Assembly: GCA_963832285.1 (NCBI GenBank) | Contig: CAWHTP010000007.1 | Location: 43,998 to 107,997, forward strand | Source: an uncultured Cytophagales bacterium | GTDB lineage: Bacteria; Bacteroidota; Bacteroidia; Cytophagales; Cyclobacteriaceae | Direction of reading: 5' to 3' | DNA length: 64,000 nt | Part shown: positions 42,075-50,888 of the stretch, piece by piece | Layout: each line of letters starts with the position of its first letter | Numbering within the stretch: position 1 is the stretch's first letter | Notes under the pieces: generated by a model | Told to the model about the DNA's origin: nothing | The model's database searches: none | Seen by the model: the letters and a program-made list of their open reading frames with translations, nothing else | Translations under genes and position numbers: made by a program

Positions 42075-42745
42075 ACGTTAAAAAAATGGTCGATAGTTTC
42101 ATTTGCTAAAAGATAATAGGCACGCTTAGAATCTTTAAAAGCTAAAATTAACAATTTTGAATTTCGATTAATCTTTTCTTTACGTTTTTTCGATAAACGC
42201 AGCGCTTTACTAGATATAGGGGTACTAAGAAGTTTTAGATAAGTATATTTTGGTGCATAAGACGCCTCAATAGTTAGGGCTTGCTGAAAAAGTCTCAGGT
42301 GGCTCTTATACAATCGGGAAAATGAAGGAATATTCTTACCGTGCCTAGCCGACCAGGCAGGTACTTCGAACCTGCCTGACTCAGTCAGGTTAAAGCGCGG
42401 GAGGTACCTGTCAGCGTCTGTCTGAGATGAAGTGCCTGTGACTAAGTCTAAAAAAATTAAAATAGTAAATTTTTTAGTGCATATAATACTAGCTTTTATC
42501 GTAAAAAAGCATGCACCAACTTAAAAAACTCCAGCAGTAGAAAATGACTTAGTCCTAAGAGTAAGTGTGCTTTTCGAAAGATTGACTGTTTTTCAGCATG
42601 CCTTGGGTATAAACATGCATCTTTACTTTGACTGTTCGTACCTGACGTCAGTCTGTCCTTCTAAGCAAGTTGCAAATGAAATACTGTAGTACTTTAATAG
42701 CGTAAACTACTCGAATTTATCCGAGCATCATCATTTTTACATCGT

Positions 42746-43780
42746 TTATTCATTGGCTTTTCTGATCATAAAGTCAACAAAGGTTTCTCCACTAGCATCT
42801 TCATAATCTCCGTAGTAAGCCACATTGGGGATACCCAACTTGTCCGCATAAGACTTTAGTGTGCGTACATGATACGCATGGTGATTGGCCACATTTGATT
42901 GCGTAGGCTTTACGAGGGGTGTCTGCGGATTGGAGGCCCAAAACTCAGGATCATCAGAACTCATTTTAGCCAACATATCCACTTTGCTTCTATAGGTTGT
43001 GATGCTGTCAGTATAAAACTCATCGAAATCATTAATACCGTAGAAAGATTTGAAACGTGGTTTCATATCAGGATCTTCTTTAAAATATTGTTTCCACGTA
43101 AAATTATATTCTTTAAAAATATCTGTTTCATAGCGTAATAAATCATATGATGCTTGGGTAGCCTTTACCGCTAATGCTTTTACTCTGGTTGATTCACGCA
43201 ATACCGGATCATTGCTTAATGGTTTGGCCATGTCATCTGAAAATGCCAGCCATTGGGCAGTACCGGCTCCTGCCGAGCTGCCTGCGAGTATGATGTTGTT
43301 TTTATCAATGTTTAGTGTCGTACTGATTGACCTAATATATTGAAGACATCGTTTGCTGTCGTTTAATGATTTCCATACACCTTCTTGGTCACCCTTAAAA
43401 GCCAGCAGCCTGTAATTAATGGTGGCGAAGGCAATCTTATTTGCTAATAAAGTTCGTATTTCAGCGGGGAAATCCCAGCTGCCGGTCCACATTACCTCAT
43501 AAGGATTCTCTTTTTGGCCACCTAAAAAGCCGCCTCCATGAATGTAAATAACTAATGGTGTAGGTGTTTCCGAGGCAGGTAGAAAGATGTCAAATACATT
43601 TCTCTCTCCGCTGTCGTAATTGATGTCCGGAGCAAAAGAGGCTTCTATCCCTTCCAAATCTATGGGAGAGTCACTCAAAGTGAGCGTTGGCTGCGGAATT
43701 TCTTGACCGCTCAGTTCCGAACCATCTTTACAAGATTGAAGCAGTAGTAAGGCGATAAAAAGTGTTGTTATCTTATGCAT
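42746..43780 (-). CDS. alpha/beta-hydrolase lipoprotein (carboxylesterase/lipase type)
   Basis: The lipoprotein signal is LLLLQSC. The oxyanion motif is IHGGGF and the nucleophile elbow is GSSAG. Confidence 0.8.
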   Translation of the reverse strand: MHKITTLFIALLLLQSCKDGSELSGQEIPQPTLTLSDSPIDLEGIEASFAPDINYDSGERNVFDIFLPASETPTPLVIYIHGGGFLGGQKENPYEVMWTGSWDFPAEIRTLLANKIAFATINYRLLAFKGDQEGVWKSLNDSKRCLQYIRSISTTLNIDKNNIILAGSSAGAGTAQWLAFSDDMAKPLSNDPVLRESTRVKALAVKATQASYDLLRYETDIFKEYNFTWKQYFKEDPDMKPRFKSFYGINDFDEFYTDSITTYRSKVDMLAKMSSDDPEFWASNPQTPLVKPTQSNVANHHAYHVRTLKSYADKLGIPNVAYYGDYEDASGETFVDFMIRKANE

Positions 43781-43903
43781 AACGATGGTGTTTTAGTTCA
43801 TTGGACGCTTAAAACATGAAAAAGTTTAATATGTGTTGAAAGTTTTTTTTATTTAGGATGCGATATCGTTTAGATAAGTCCAAGGCACTACGAAAATTTC
43901 TGG

Positions 43904-44012
43904 AATGACTCACTTCATTATTTACCACGTCATTCTCCGAATTCCACAAGGAATTCTAGGAGAATCTGTTGGTTTACAATGGCTACGAACATTAGTGAGA
44001 TTCCGACAAAAA
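43904..44012. repeat. REP/MITE-like intergenic repeat, direct copy A
   Basis: An element of about 109 bp, AATGACTCACTTCATTATTTACCACGTCATTCTCCGAATTCC..GAATTCTAGGAGAATCTGTT.., that repeats at 44188. Confidence 0.8.
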
Positions 44013-44062
44013 GACCTCGCTTATGCAGCCGTTGTTTATGGACTGAAGTACTTTACTGCATT

Positions 44063-44118
44063 AGATTCCCCTAGAATTTCCTCCGCGCATCTGCCCACGC
44101 CAAATTCGGAGAATGACG
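44063..44118. repeat. inverted partial copy of the same repeat core
   Basis: AGATTCCCCTAGAATTT...CAAATTCGGAGAATGACG is the reverse complement of the CGTCATTCTCCGAATT...GAATTCTAGGAGAATCT core, with a longer central insert. Confidence 0.7.
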
Positions 44119-44187
44119 AGCTTTGGTTGTTAATTTTCGAGGAATTTTCTTAGAATTGCCAATTCGCACAGCTACACCAATGGATTG

Positions 44188-44296
44188 AATGACTCACTTC
44201 ATTATTTACCACGTCATTCTCCGAATTCCCCAAAGAATTCTAGGAGAATCTGTTCATTTGGAACAGCTACGCATTTCAATAGAGATTCCGCATAAA
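44188..44296. repeat. REP/MITE-like intergenic repeat, direct copy B
   Basis: Near-identical over its first ~75 nt to copy A, 284 bp upstream, and more diverged at the 3' end. Confidence 0.8.
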
Positions 44297-44301
44297 AACG
44301 C

Positions 44302-44685
44302 TTAAGCTGAAACAAGTGAAGTATCCAATTCTTTAAGTTGCTTAATAATTAACGATTTTAGCTGGCTAAGGCTCAGCTTATTCATGGTGTCAGCATCTAT
44401 CCAGACCGAGATTTTATCCTCTTGCTTTATAAAAACAGCCGGGAGCTTTTCATCTATATTGTACTGCTGCTCCCATTCATCTTTGTGCAAGAAGGTGAGC
44501 GGCAGGTTGAGTGTTTTTTTAAACGCTGCCCATTCTTCTTTAATTGAAAATGTTCCGTAGGTGATTGCGCAGAGGCTGCATGGATAGGTGGAAGGCGAGA
44601 ATATTTTATGTGCCATATCCAAATAAGCATTCCACTTACCGGAATCGGCATTGTAAACAAAAATTAGTTTAGGAGAATTTTTCAT
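44302..44685 (-). CDS. hypothetical small protein with a CxxC motif (thioredoxin-fold-like?)
   Basis: 127 aa, LIFVYNADSG..., with CSLCAITYG. I recognise it as a recurring conserved hypothetical family but cannot name it. Confidence 0.55.
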   Translation of the reverse strand: MKNSPKLIFVYNADSGKWNAYLDMAHKIFSPSTYPCSLCAITYGTFSIKEEWAAFKKTLNLPLTFLHKDEWEQQYNIDEKLPAVFIKQEDKISVWIDADTMNKLSLSQLKSLIIKQLKELDTSLVSA

Positions 44686-44799
44686 AGGTATAAGTATAAA
44701 CGTAGACCATTCGGATTTGGTAACCTTACAGATGTTGCAACCAGGATGGTCGTTGCAGGAAAAGCTGAGTTTTTAGCGAACGGCTTTCTGTACTTATCT

Positions 44800-45069
44800 T
44801 TAATAATGAAATTTACATTGAATTATTATACACAACTGATCTTCACCTTCCTCTCCTGAAACACGATAAACAAGGCGATGTTCCTTTGTAATTCTTCTAG
44901 ACCAGTAGCCCTTAAGCTCATGTTTAAGAGGTTCTGGTTTACCAAGCCCACCAAAGGGCGATTCGTTGATAGAAGCAAGAAGCAGATCAATTTTTTTTAA
45001 TATGCTAACATCCTTTTGCTGCCAAAATTCGTACTGTTTGCGAGCCGTTTTACTGAATGCAAATTTCAA
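44800..45069 (-). CDS. yoeB: Txe/YoeB-family toxin (mRNA interferase)
   Basis: 89 aa with LKGYWSRRITKEHRLVYRV, the YoeB signature. It sits immediately downstream of the antitoxin, with abutting coordinates. Confidence 0.85.
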   Translation of the reverse strand: MKFAFSKTARKQYEFWQQKDVSILKKIDLLLASINESPFGGLGKPEPLKHELKGYWSRRITKEHRLVYRVSGEEGEDQLCIIIQCKFHY

Positions 45070-45339
45070 TTATTCTGTGAAAACCCCTTTTTTCAGATCA
45101 AAAGGATGGGTTTCCATCAATTCAGCCTCCTGTATTGATTTTCTTATTTCTTTTCTATTTGCTTCTGTAGAAAGTAGATGAGCTGTTTCTACTAAACTAT
45201 TGTACGCTGCATAAGACAAAATCACCAATGCATCATTTTCCTTTTTTCGGGAAACAACAATCGGATGCTTGGATTTAGAGGCGCTATCAAAATACTTCTT
45301 AATATTTTTTCTGAAGAGCGTTGGGGTTATGTGTTTCAT
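45070..45339 (-). CDS. yefM: Phd/YefM-family antitoxin
   Basis: 89 aa with a YefM-like N-terminus (..FRKNIKKYFDSA..PIVVSRK..ALVILSYAAYNSLVETAHLL). Its stop abuts the yoeB start. Confidence 0.8.
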   Translation of the reverse strand: MKHITPTLFRKNIKKYFDSASKSKHPIVVSRKKENDALVILSYAAYNSLVETAHLLSTEANRKEIRKSIQEAELMETHPFDLKKGVFTE

Positions 45340-45376
45340 AGTCGAAGATACTCATAAATTTTAAATTTTTAAAAGC

Positions 45377-45413
45377 TATCACCTGTCAGATTTTTGAAAC
45401 CTGACGGGTGATA
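45377..45413 (-). terminator. rho-independent terminator after susD (end of the long minus-strand transcription unit)
   Basis: 13-bp stem TATCACCTGTCAG / CTGACGGGTGATA (one G-U pair) with an 11-nt loop. On the minus strand it is followed by GCTTTTAAAAATTT. Confidence 0.6.
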
Positions 45414-45433
45414 AAACATATCAAACAAAACAA

Positions 45434-46885
45434 TCAATCTTTTTCCCACCAGCCTTTGCTGTTGATGTTATCGCCTCCAATTCTTGCAGCTGCTTCCTCA
45501 TAATTAGCTGCATTAGTGGCCTGCTCCGATTCCGGGTAGAAGTAACGTACCGGATATCTACCATCGTTCACAGCATCGGGTCCTGCTACTATTGTCGGTA
45601 TGCCGGTTCTTCTGATGTTGAACCAAGCCTCGTGGCCTATGTTAATTAAACTCAACCATTTCTGAGTCATTATTTTGGTGATATTATCCGATCCATCTAG
45701 GGCAACGGCCGTTCTTGTGAAGTAATCTGCCGGCACGGTAACGCCATAATACTCGAAGCTCGCAGCAATACCATTTTCATAATAAGTCTGTGCATTTCCG
45801 CTGATGTAACCTCGTTCTGCGGCTTCGGCTAAGGCAAATTGTACCTCGGCATATTGCATAAACTGTGCATCCACACCATCGGGAACATCTCTGAAGATTG
45901 AACCGAAAAGAGAAAGCTTGGGGATAGAGAGCGTTGTATCCTGTGCAATGGTTTCTCTACTCTGTCCATTTCTTACTCCTCTGTACTCTACTGAATCTGT
46001 GCCGATGCTTCGTTGGGTAGGCTTGTAATACACACCAATTCTTGGATCATCCAAAAGTGTTAGCACTGAATCTACGGTGAAAGTCATTACATGCTCATCG
46101 TTAGCGCCTGACGAGGCCAGAAAGAACGGAAATTGGTTAGGAGCGGTGGACAGAAAAGGCAAAACGGCATTATCGGAATTAGCTTGCATAAGCTTTCCGC
46201 TATTAGCCAGTTGCTCCAATTCTGAAAAATCTGTAAGGCGCTTGCTTATCCTCAAAAGGTATCTTAATCGCAATGAATTGGCAAATTTTACCCATTTTGA
46301 TAGGTCGTTTCCAAACATTACGTCACCCCGAATAGGAGCATCGGTACTTTCCAATGTGGTAGCCGCAGCCTTCAGAACAGCAAGAATACCTGTTTCAGGA
46401 TCGGTGTAAATACTTTCCTGCGTATCGTATTTGGGCGTTACAATTCCCTCCTCTAAAGAAATAGCTTCGCTGTATGGCACATCATTCCACATATCGGTAA
46501 GTTGAGAGGAGATGAAAGCCCTCAGTATATCGCCAACGGCTATGTACGCTTCATTAGACGCTTCAGCTTCTTTCATCGATTTGATATCCTGAAGGTTGCT
46601 AAAAAGGTTGTTCCAGTAGGTACCGTTAGAACCGATGATATATCTGTCGAAATCGCCAAAGTCGATGGCTGCAGCAAAATGTGCGAAGTAGTTTGATTGA
46701 TCAAAACCTTGCGTATAGGTATTCCGCTGTATCAGTTCGGTAATTACGTTGGTTAGCAGAAACTCCGGCTCTACTGTTTCCGAAGAATTTTTGTTTTTAT
46801 TGATCTCTTCGAAGTCATCTGTGCAGGAGAAGGTAAATACCATCATTGCCGTTAATAACAGAAAGTATTTTTTAGTATTTTTCAT
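45434..46885 (-). CDS. SusD/RagB-family nutrient-binding outer-membrane lipoprotein
   Basis: Lipoprotein signal ..MMVFTFSC. It lies directly downstream of a SusC-like gene, and the C-terminus ..KGWWEKD is typical. Confidence 0.85.
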   Translation of the reverse strand: MKNTKKYFLLLTAMMVFTFSCTDDFEEINKNKNSSETVEPEFLLTNVITELIQRNTYTQGFDQSNYFAHFAAAIDFGDFDRYIIGSNGTYWNNLFSNLQDIKSMKEAEASNEAYIAVGDILRAFISSQLTDMWNDVPYSEAISLEEGIVTPKYDTQESIYTDPETGILAVLKAAATTLESTDAPIRGDVMFGNDLSKWVKFANSLRLRYLLRISKRLTDFSELEQLANSGKLMQANSDNAVLPFLSTAPNQFPFFLASSGANDEHVMTFTVDSVLTLLDDPRIGVYYKPTQRSIGTDSVEYRGVRNGQSRETIAQDTTLSIPKLSLFGSIFRDVPDGVDAQFMQYAEVQFALAEAAERGYISGNAQTYYENGIAASFEYYGVTVPADYFTRTAVALDGSDNITKIMTQKWLSLINIGHEAWFNIRRTGIPTIVAGPDAVNDGRYPVRYFYPESEQATNAANYEEAAARIGGDNINSKGWWEKD

Positions 46886-46896
46886 TTCTTGCGTTT

Positions 46897-49800
46897 TTAA
46901 AATTGGGTTTTTATGCTGAAGCCGAAACTTCGTGTTGAGGGATAAGACATATCATCCACCCCATACACTATATTTGTACCCTGCGAGGCATTTAATTCAG
47001 GGTCCACATGTGGGTTTTCAGTAAATAGCAACAAATTACTGCCCACAAAACCTATTTTAACATTCTGAAAACCAATGCGTTCACAAATAGCTTTATTTAG
47101 GTTGTAGTAAAGGCTAAGCTGTCGTAACTTCAGATAAGAGGCATCATACAAAGCACTTGCCTCGTTTCCTCTGGCGAAGAAGCGGTTATAATAAGTGCTA
47201 GCAGGGATGTTGGTGGTATTTTCCACATATTGTGGTGTTTCAGCCGTCCCTACATTCACTAACCCGTCACCCACTATGCCCTCTTGCCGGCCAACTAGGG
47301 TTTCCTTCAGTACACCTGAAGTATGGCCAAGCGCCTTGGTTCGTGAAACAAATACTCCACCTTGCCGCCAATCGAACAGGACGCTTGCGCTCACATTTTT
47401 GTAAGAAAAACTATTAGTTAAACCAAGGGAGAAGTCAGGGTTGTAATTGCCCAGCAACCTCAATGTGGGATCAAGAACTGGCAACCCGTTGGCATCGTAC
47501 AAGGTTCTGCCATCAACTTCCACAAAGCCTGAACCATACATATCACCCACACGGCCACCTTCTTTGGCTATGTAAAAAACGGAGTTACTGCCACCACTAC
47601 CGCCAAAAACATCCGCGGTTCCGGTAACAAATTGATCTACGCCCTCGGGCAATTCTACGACTTTGCTTCTAAAAGACGAAAAATTAACCGATGCACTCCA
47701 CGTAAAATCGGTAGTTTTTAATATCGCACCACCAATTAATACTTCAATACCTCGCGTTTGCACCTGCCCCCCATTTTCCAATTTAGCGCTAAAGCCTGTA
47801 GTGGCAGAAATTGGTCTGCTGATAATTTGATCTACACTGGTATTCTGATAAACAGTAAAATCAGCGTTCAACCGATTATTGAAGAAGGAAATCTCAGTTC
47901 CGGCTTCATAAGAATTTAGCCTTTCAGGTTTTAAATTAGCATTTTTAAGCGAACTCTGATTGGTTACCTTTAAACTGCTGCCATAGTTTTGGTTAAAAAG
48001 AAATGTGTTCCTAAGTTGGTATGGATCGGTGTCGTTACCTGCGCTTGCCGCACTTAACCTAACCTTAAAAAAGGAGATGTTATCCGGTAAATCCAAGCTG
48101 TTGGATAGTACATAGCTTAAACCTGCAGAATAATAGGCAAAGGAGTTTTGCTCCAATGGTAATGTGCTGCTCCAATCGTTTCGTAGAGAAATATCCAGAT
48201 AAATGGCACTTCTATAGTCTAGTGTTCCTGTTCCGTATACACTATTAATTCTTTTTTCGAAGGTCTGGTTATCGCCAATCACATCATTAGAATTTGCAAA
48301 ACTGTAGATGTTGGGCAAAATCAATCCTGAGGCTGCTGTGTACTTGTAGGAGGTACGTTGATCAAATCTGTTGGCTCCGGCAGAAACAGAATATTTAAAA
48401 TCACTGTTAAAGCTGTTTTTATAGGTAAGCAGGACATCCGTATTTTGTTCGTAGAAGGTAACCACATCTTCCCGGTAGCCACCCAAAGGGTTTCTATTGG
48501 TACTTAGTGCTCTTCGAAATGCTCTGTTGTCATTATAGGTATCGAGCCCCGTTCTTAGGCTTATCTGCAGATTTTGATTTAAGCTATAATTGGCTGATAT
48601 ATTGCCTAAAACACGGTTTTTATTGAAACTATTCGTATTCTCGAAAAGTGTAAGGTACGGATTGGTGATCCATACATAATTGTAATCAAAATGCTGTCTG
48701 CCCACTTGGCCTTCCTGCCAGTAATCCTTGAGCCGGGCAATATCTACTTGACGTGGTGTCCAATTAAAGCCGTAATTCACATTTTCATAACCGTAGCCTA
48801 AGTTTGGTCTGTTTCGGCTTCTTACGTTAATGTAGTTGATGTACGAGTTTACACTCAGTTTACTTGTTAGTTGCTGGTCAAGGCTGATAGCTAGTCCATC
48901 ACGATTGAGGTCTGTATTTGGGGTTACACCCTCGTTGCGAAAGTTGCTATACGCTAATCTTATACTTCCATTGTCTCCGGTAGAATTTACAGCTACATTA
49001 TGCTGAGAGGTAATTCCTGTTTCAAAAAAGTTTCGCACATTATCAGGCCGGGAAATCCATGGGGTAGCGGTAATATTGGTTAAAGTACCATCGGCTCTTG
49101 TTCGCGCCAGCACATCGCCCGCGCGCACCGGATTACCAAAAATATCTGTAGAGGGGCTGTCGAATTGTTGAATCAATGTTCCCTGATCTAGCCTAGGGCC
49201 AAAGCTGGCAATGCCGGCACCACCATCGTTCAGGCCTCCACCGGCACCATCCACAAATGAAAACTGCTCATTTCCTCCTGCTCCATATTCGTTTTGGTAG
49301 TCCGGGCTAGTGAGTAAAGTTTCAAAAGTAAGGAGGCTGCTGGTGGTTACCCCTAGGCCTGGTTGTCTTTTTCCTCGTTTGGTGGTAATAAGTACAACTC
49401 CGTTAGCAGCTCTTGAACCATATAAAGCTGCAGAACCCGCTCCTTTTAAAATGGAGATTGAGGCTATATTTTCAGGGTCAATGTCTGCTCCGCCATTACC
49501 GTAATCTACTTCTTGAAATGAACCGTTGTTCACTAAATCACTTGTAATTTGTTCATTACTAATAGGCACGCCATCCACCACAAAAAGGGGCTGGTTGGTA
49601 CCACCCAATGAATTTTCCCCTCTTATAATTATTCGAGAGGATGAACCAACACCGGAAGAGCCATTGGTTATTTGTACCCCTGCTACCTGACCGGCCAGGC
49701 TGTTCACTAAGTTGGTCATGGGCACCTCCGTTAGTTGCTTGCTGTCCAGTTTGGTAATTGAGGCTGCCAGTGATTGCTTCTCCCGCTCAATCCCCAGGGC

Positions 49801-50121
49801 GGTTACCACTACTTCATTGAGTTGGTCGAGCTTTGGTTGTAGCTGAATGTCAATAACGGACCGGGTGCCTACTGCCACCTCTTTTGTTTCCATTCCAATA
49901 AAGGAGATAATTAGCGTTACCTCATTTGAATTAATGTTGAGTTTGAACTCGCCTTCATTGTTGGTTGTAGTTCCTCTGGAGGCGGTGCCTTTTAGCTGTA
50001 TGTTTACGCCAGGCAAGGCCTCACTAGTTTTTGCATCAGTGATTTTACCACTTATGGTACGTTCTTGTGCATAGGCACTTAGTAGCAATAGCTGTAGTAT
50101 TGCTAATAAAAATATTCTCAT
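46897..50121 (-). CDS. SusC/RagA-family TonB-dependent outer-membrane transporter
   Basis: Signal MRIFLLAILQLLLLSAYAQ, a CarboxypepD_reg domain (ISGKITDAKTSEALPGVNIQLKGT), the plug motif ISILKGAGSAALYGSRAANGVVLITTK and a terminal ..SIKTQF. The start was trimmed to 50121. Confidence 0.9.
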   Translation of the reverse strand: MRIFLLAILQLLLLSAYAQERTISGKITDAKTSEALPGVNIQLKGTASRGTTTNNEGEFKLNINSNEVTLIISFIGMETKEVAVGTRSVIDIQLQPKLDQLNEVVVTALGIEREKQSLAASITKLDSKQLTEVPMTNLVNSLAGQVAGVQITNGSSGVGSSSRIIIRGENSLGGTNQPLFVVDGVPISNEQITSDLVNNGSFQEVDYGNGGADIDPENIASISILKGAGSAALYGSRAANGVVLITTKRGKRQPGLGVTTSSLLTFETLLTSPDYQNEYGAGGNEQFSFVDGAGGGLNDGGAGIASFGPRLDQGTLIQQFDSPSTDIFGNPVRAGDVLARTRADGTLTNITATPWISRPDNVRNFFETGITSQHNVAVNSTGDNGSIRLAYSNFRNEGVTPNTDLNRDGLAISLDQQLTSKLSVNSYINYINVRSRNRPNLGYGYENVNYGFNWTPRQVDIARLKDYWQEGQVGRQHFDYNYVWITNPYLTLFENTNSFNKNRVLGNISANYSLNQNLQISLRTGLDTYNDNRAFRRALSTNRNPLGGYREDVVTFYEQNTDVLLTYKNSFNSDFKYSVSAGANRFDQRTSYKYTAASGLILPNIYSFANSNDVIGDNQTFEKRINSVYGTGTLDYRSAIYLDISLRNDWSSTLPLEQNSFAYYSAGLSYVLSNSLDLPDNISFFKVRLSAASAGNDTDPYQLRNTFLFNQNYGSSLKVTNQSSLKNANLKPERLNSYEAGTEISFFNNRLNADFTVYQNTSVDQIISRPISATTGFSAKLENGGQVQTRGIEVLIGGAILKTTDFTWSASVNFSSFRSKVVELPEGVDQFVTGTADVFGGSGGSNSVFYIAKEGGRVGDMYGSGFVEVDGRTLYDANGLPVLDPTLRLLGNYNPDFSLGLTNSFSYKNVSASVLFDWRQGGVFVSRTKALGHTSGVLKETLVGRQEGIVGDGLVNVGTAETPQYVENTTNIPASTYYNRFFARGNEASALYDASYLKLRQLSLYYNLNKAICERIGFQNVKIGFVGSNLLLFTENPHVDPELNASQGTNIVYGVDDMSYPSTRSFGFSIKTQF

Positions 50122-50188
50122 TTTAAGTAATTTAATGGATTGAAGCGTCAGGTTTTTCCATTGTGGCGGACGCAATTATTTAATCATT

Positions 50189-50866
50189 TTATGAAGAACT
50201 ATTCGGGCAAGGTGGGCCTCTTAAATAATGCAGAGGAGCGAAAATATCGCTCACCAAAATCCTTAGAAAAGGTTTAGTAATTTTAGTATCGTTGGCAAAC
50301 AGCCTTTGATAGAATTGCGCTAAAGCGCTAAATGGATTTTTGGCAGCAAAGCGCTGTAACGAATTGATCGAATCCAGATCATTAAGTATCGGTAGTTTAT
50401 AAATTTCACTATGCTGTTTGTCAAAGTATTGCCGGAGTGATTTACACAGGTAGTTTTTCTTCCAAGGCAGCTGCTTAAAAGTGACTAGATCAAACTGCGA
50501 CCGGTTCAATGCTAATAGGTAAATTCCGCCATCTGCAGCTGGACCGCAAACCACTTGTTTTCCTGATAATTTTTCAACTGCCTGCTCTATTAACTGACTG
50601 GATAGATCAGGGCAATCATTGCCTATTGAAACTATGTTATCATACCCCAAGTCAAAAGTAGCTTGTAAAGCATTTCCATATTTCTCACCAAAAGAATTGC
50701 CGGCCTGCTTCTGCTCGTTAATCCAGATGAGATCAAGCTTTATAGTTTTTGCAAGCAATCTGGTTTCGTCAGTCAGTTGCTCAAATAGTAGCTCATTGGC
50801 TCTTTGTCTATTTCTAATAATTTTCTTCTTGCTTGCCTCCGTTTGGGGCGACAAGGAAAATACCAT
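50189..50866 (-). CDS. DUF2064-family (TIGR04282-like, GT-A/nucleotidyl-transferase fold) protein, paralog 2
   Basis: LMVFSLSP.., QKQAGNSFGEKYGNALQATF, SIGNDCPDL, GPAADGGIYLLAL and QLPW motifs. The start was trimmed to M65 (50866) so that it no longer overlaps the radical SAM gene. Confidence 0.7.
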   Translation of the reverse strand: MVFSLSPQTEASKKKIIRNRQRANELLFEQLTDETRLLAKTIKLDLIWINEQKQAGNSFGEKYGNALQATFDLGYDNIVSIGNDCPDLSSQLIEQAVEKLSGKQVVCGPAADGGIYLLALNRSQFDLVTFKQLPWKKNYLCKSLRQYFDKQHSEIYKLPILNDLDSINSLQRFAAKNPFSALAQFYQRLFANDTKITKPFLRILVSDIFAPLHYLRGPPCPNSSS

Positions 50867-50888
50867 GAGGGCAGTATTTGAACCTTTC

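Noticed and set aside
42071-42313. 80-aa basic ORF upstream of the GAF-PAS gene
   Set aside because: It has no recognisable motifs and an AT-rich, low-complexity sequence. I kept it only as a remark inside the intergenic-region finding.
42354-42378. tRNA or tmRNA fragment, because the minus-strand loop reads TTCGAAG (T-loop-like)
   Set aside because: The stem is 9 bp rather than 5 bp, and there is no acceptor, D or anticodon arm and no CCA-proximal context around it.
43905-44153. 82-aa ORF
   Set aside because: It is composed of the REP/MITE-like repeat copies, and the second repeat copy does not maintain the frame.
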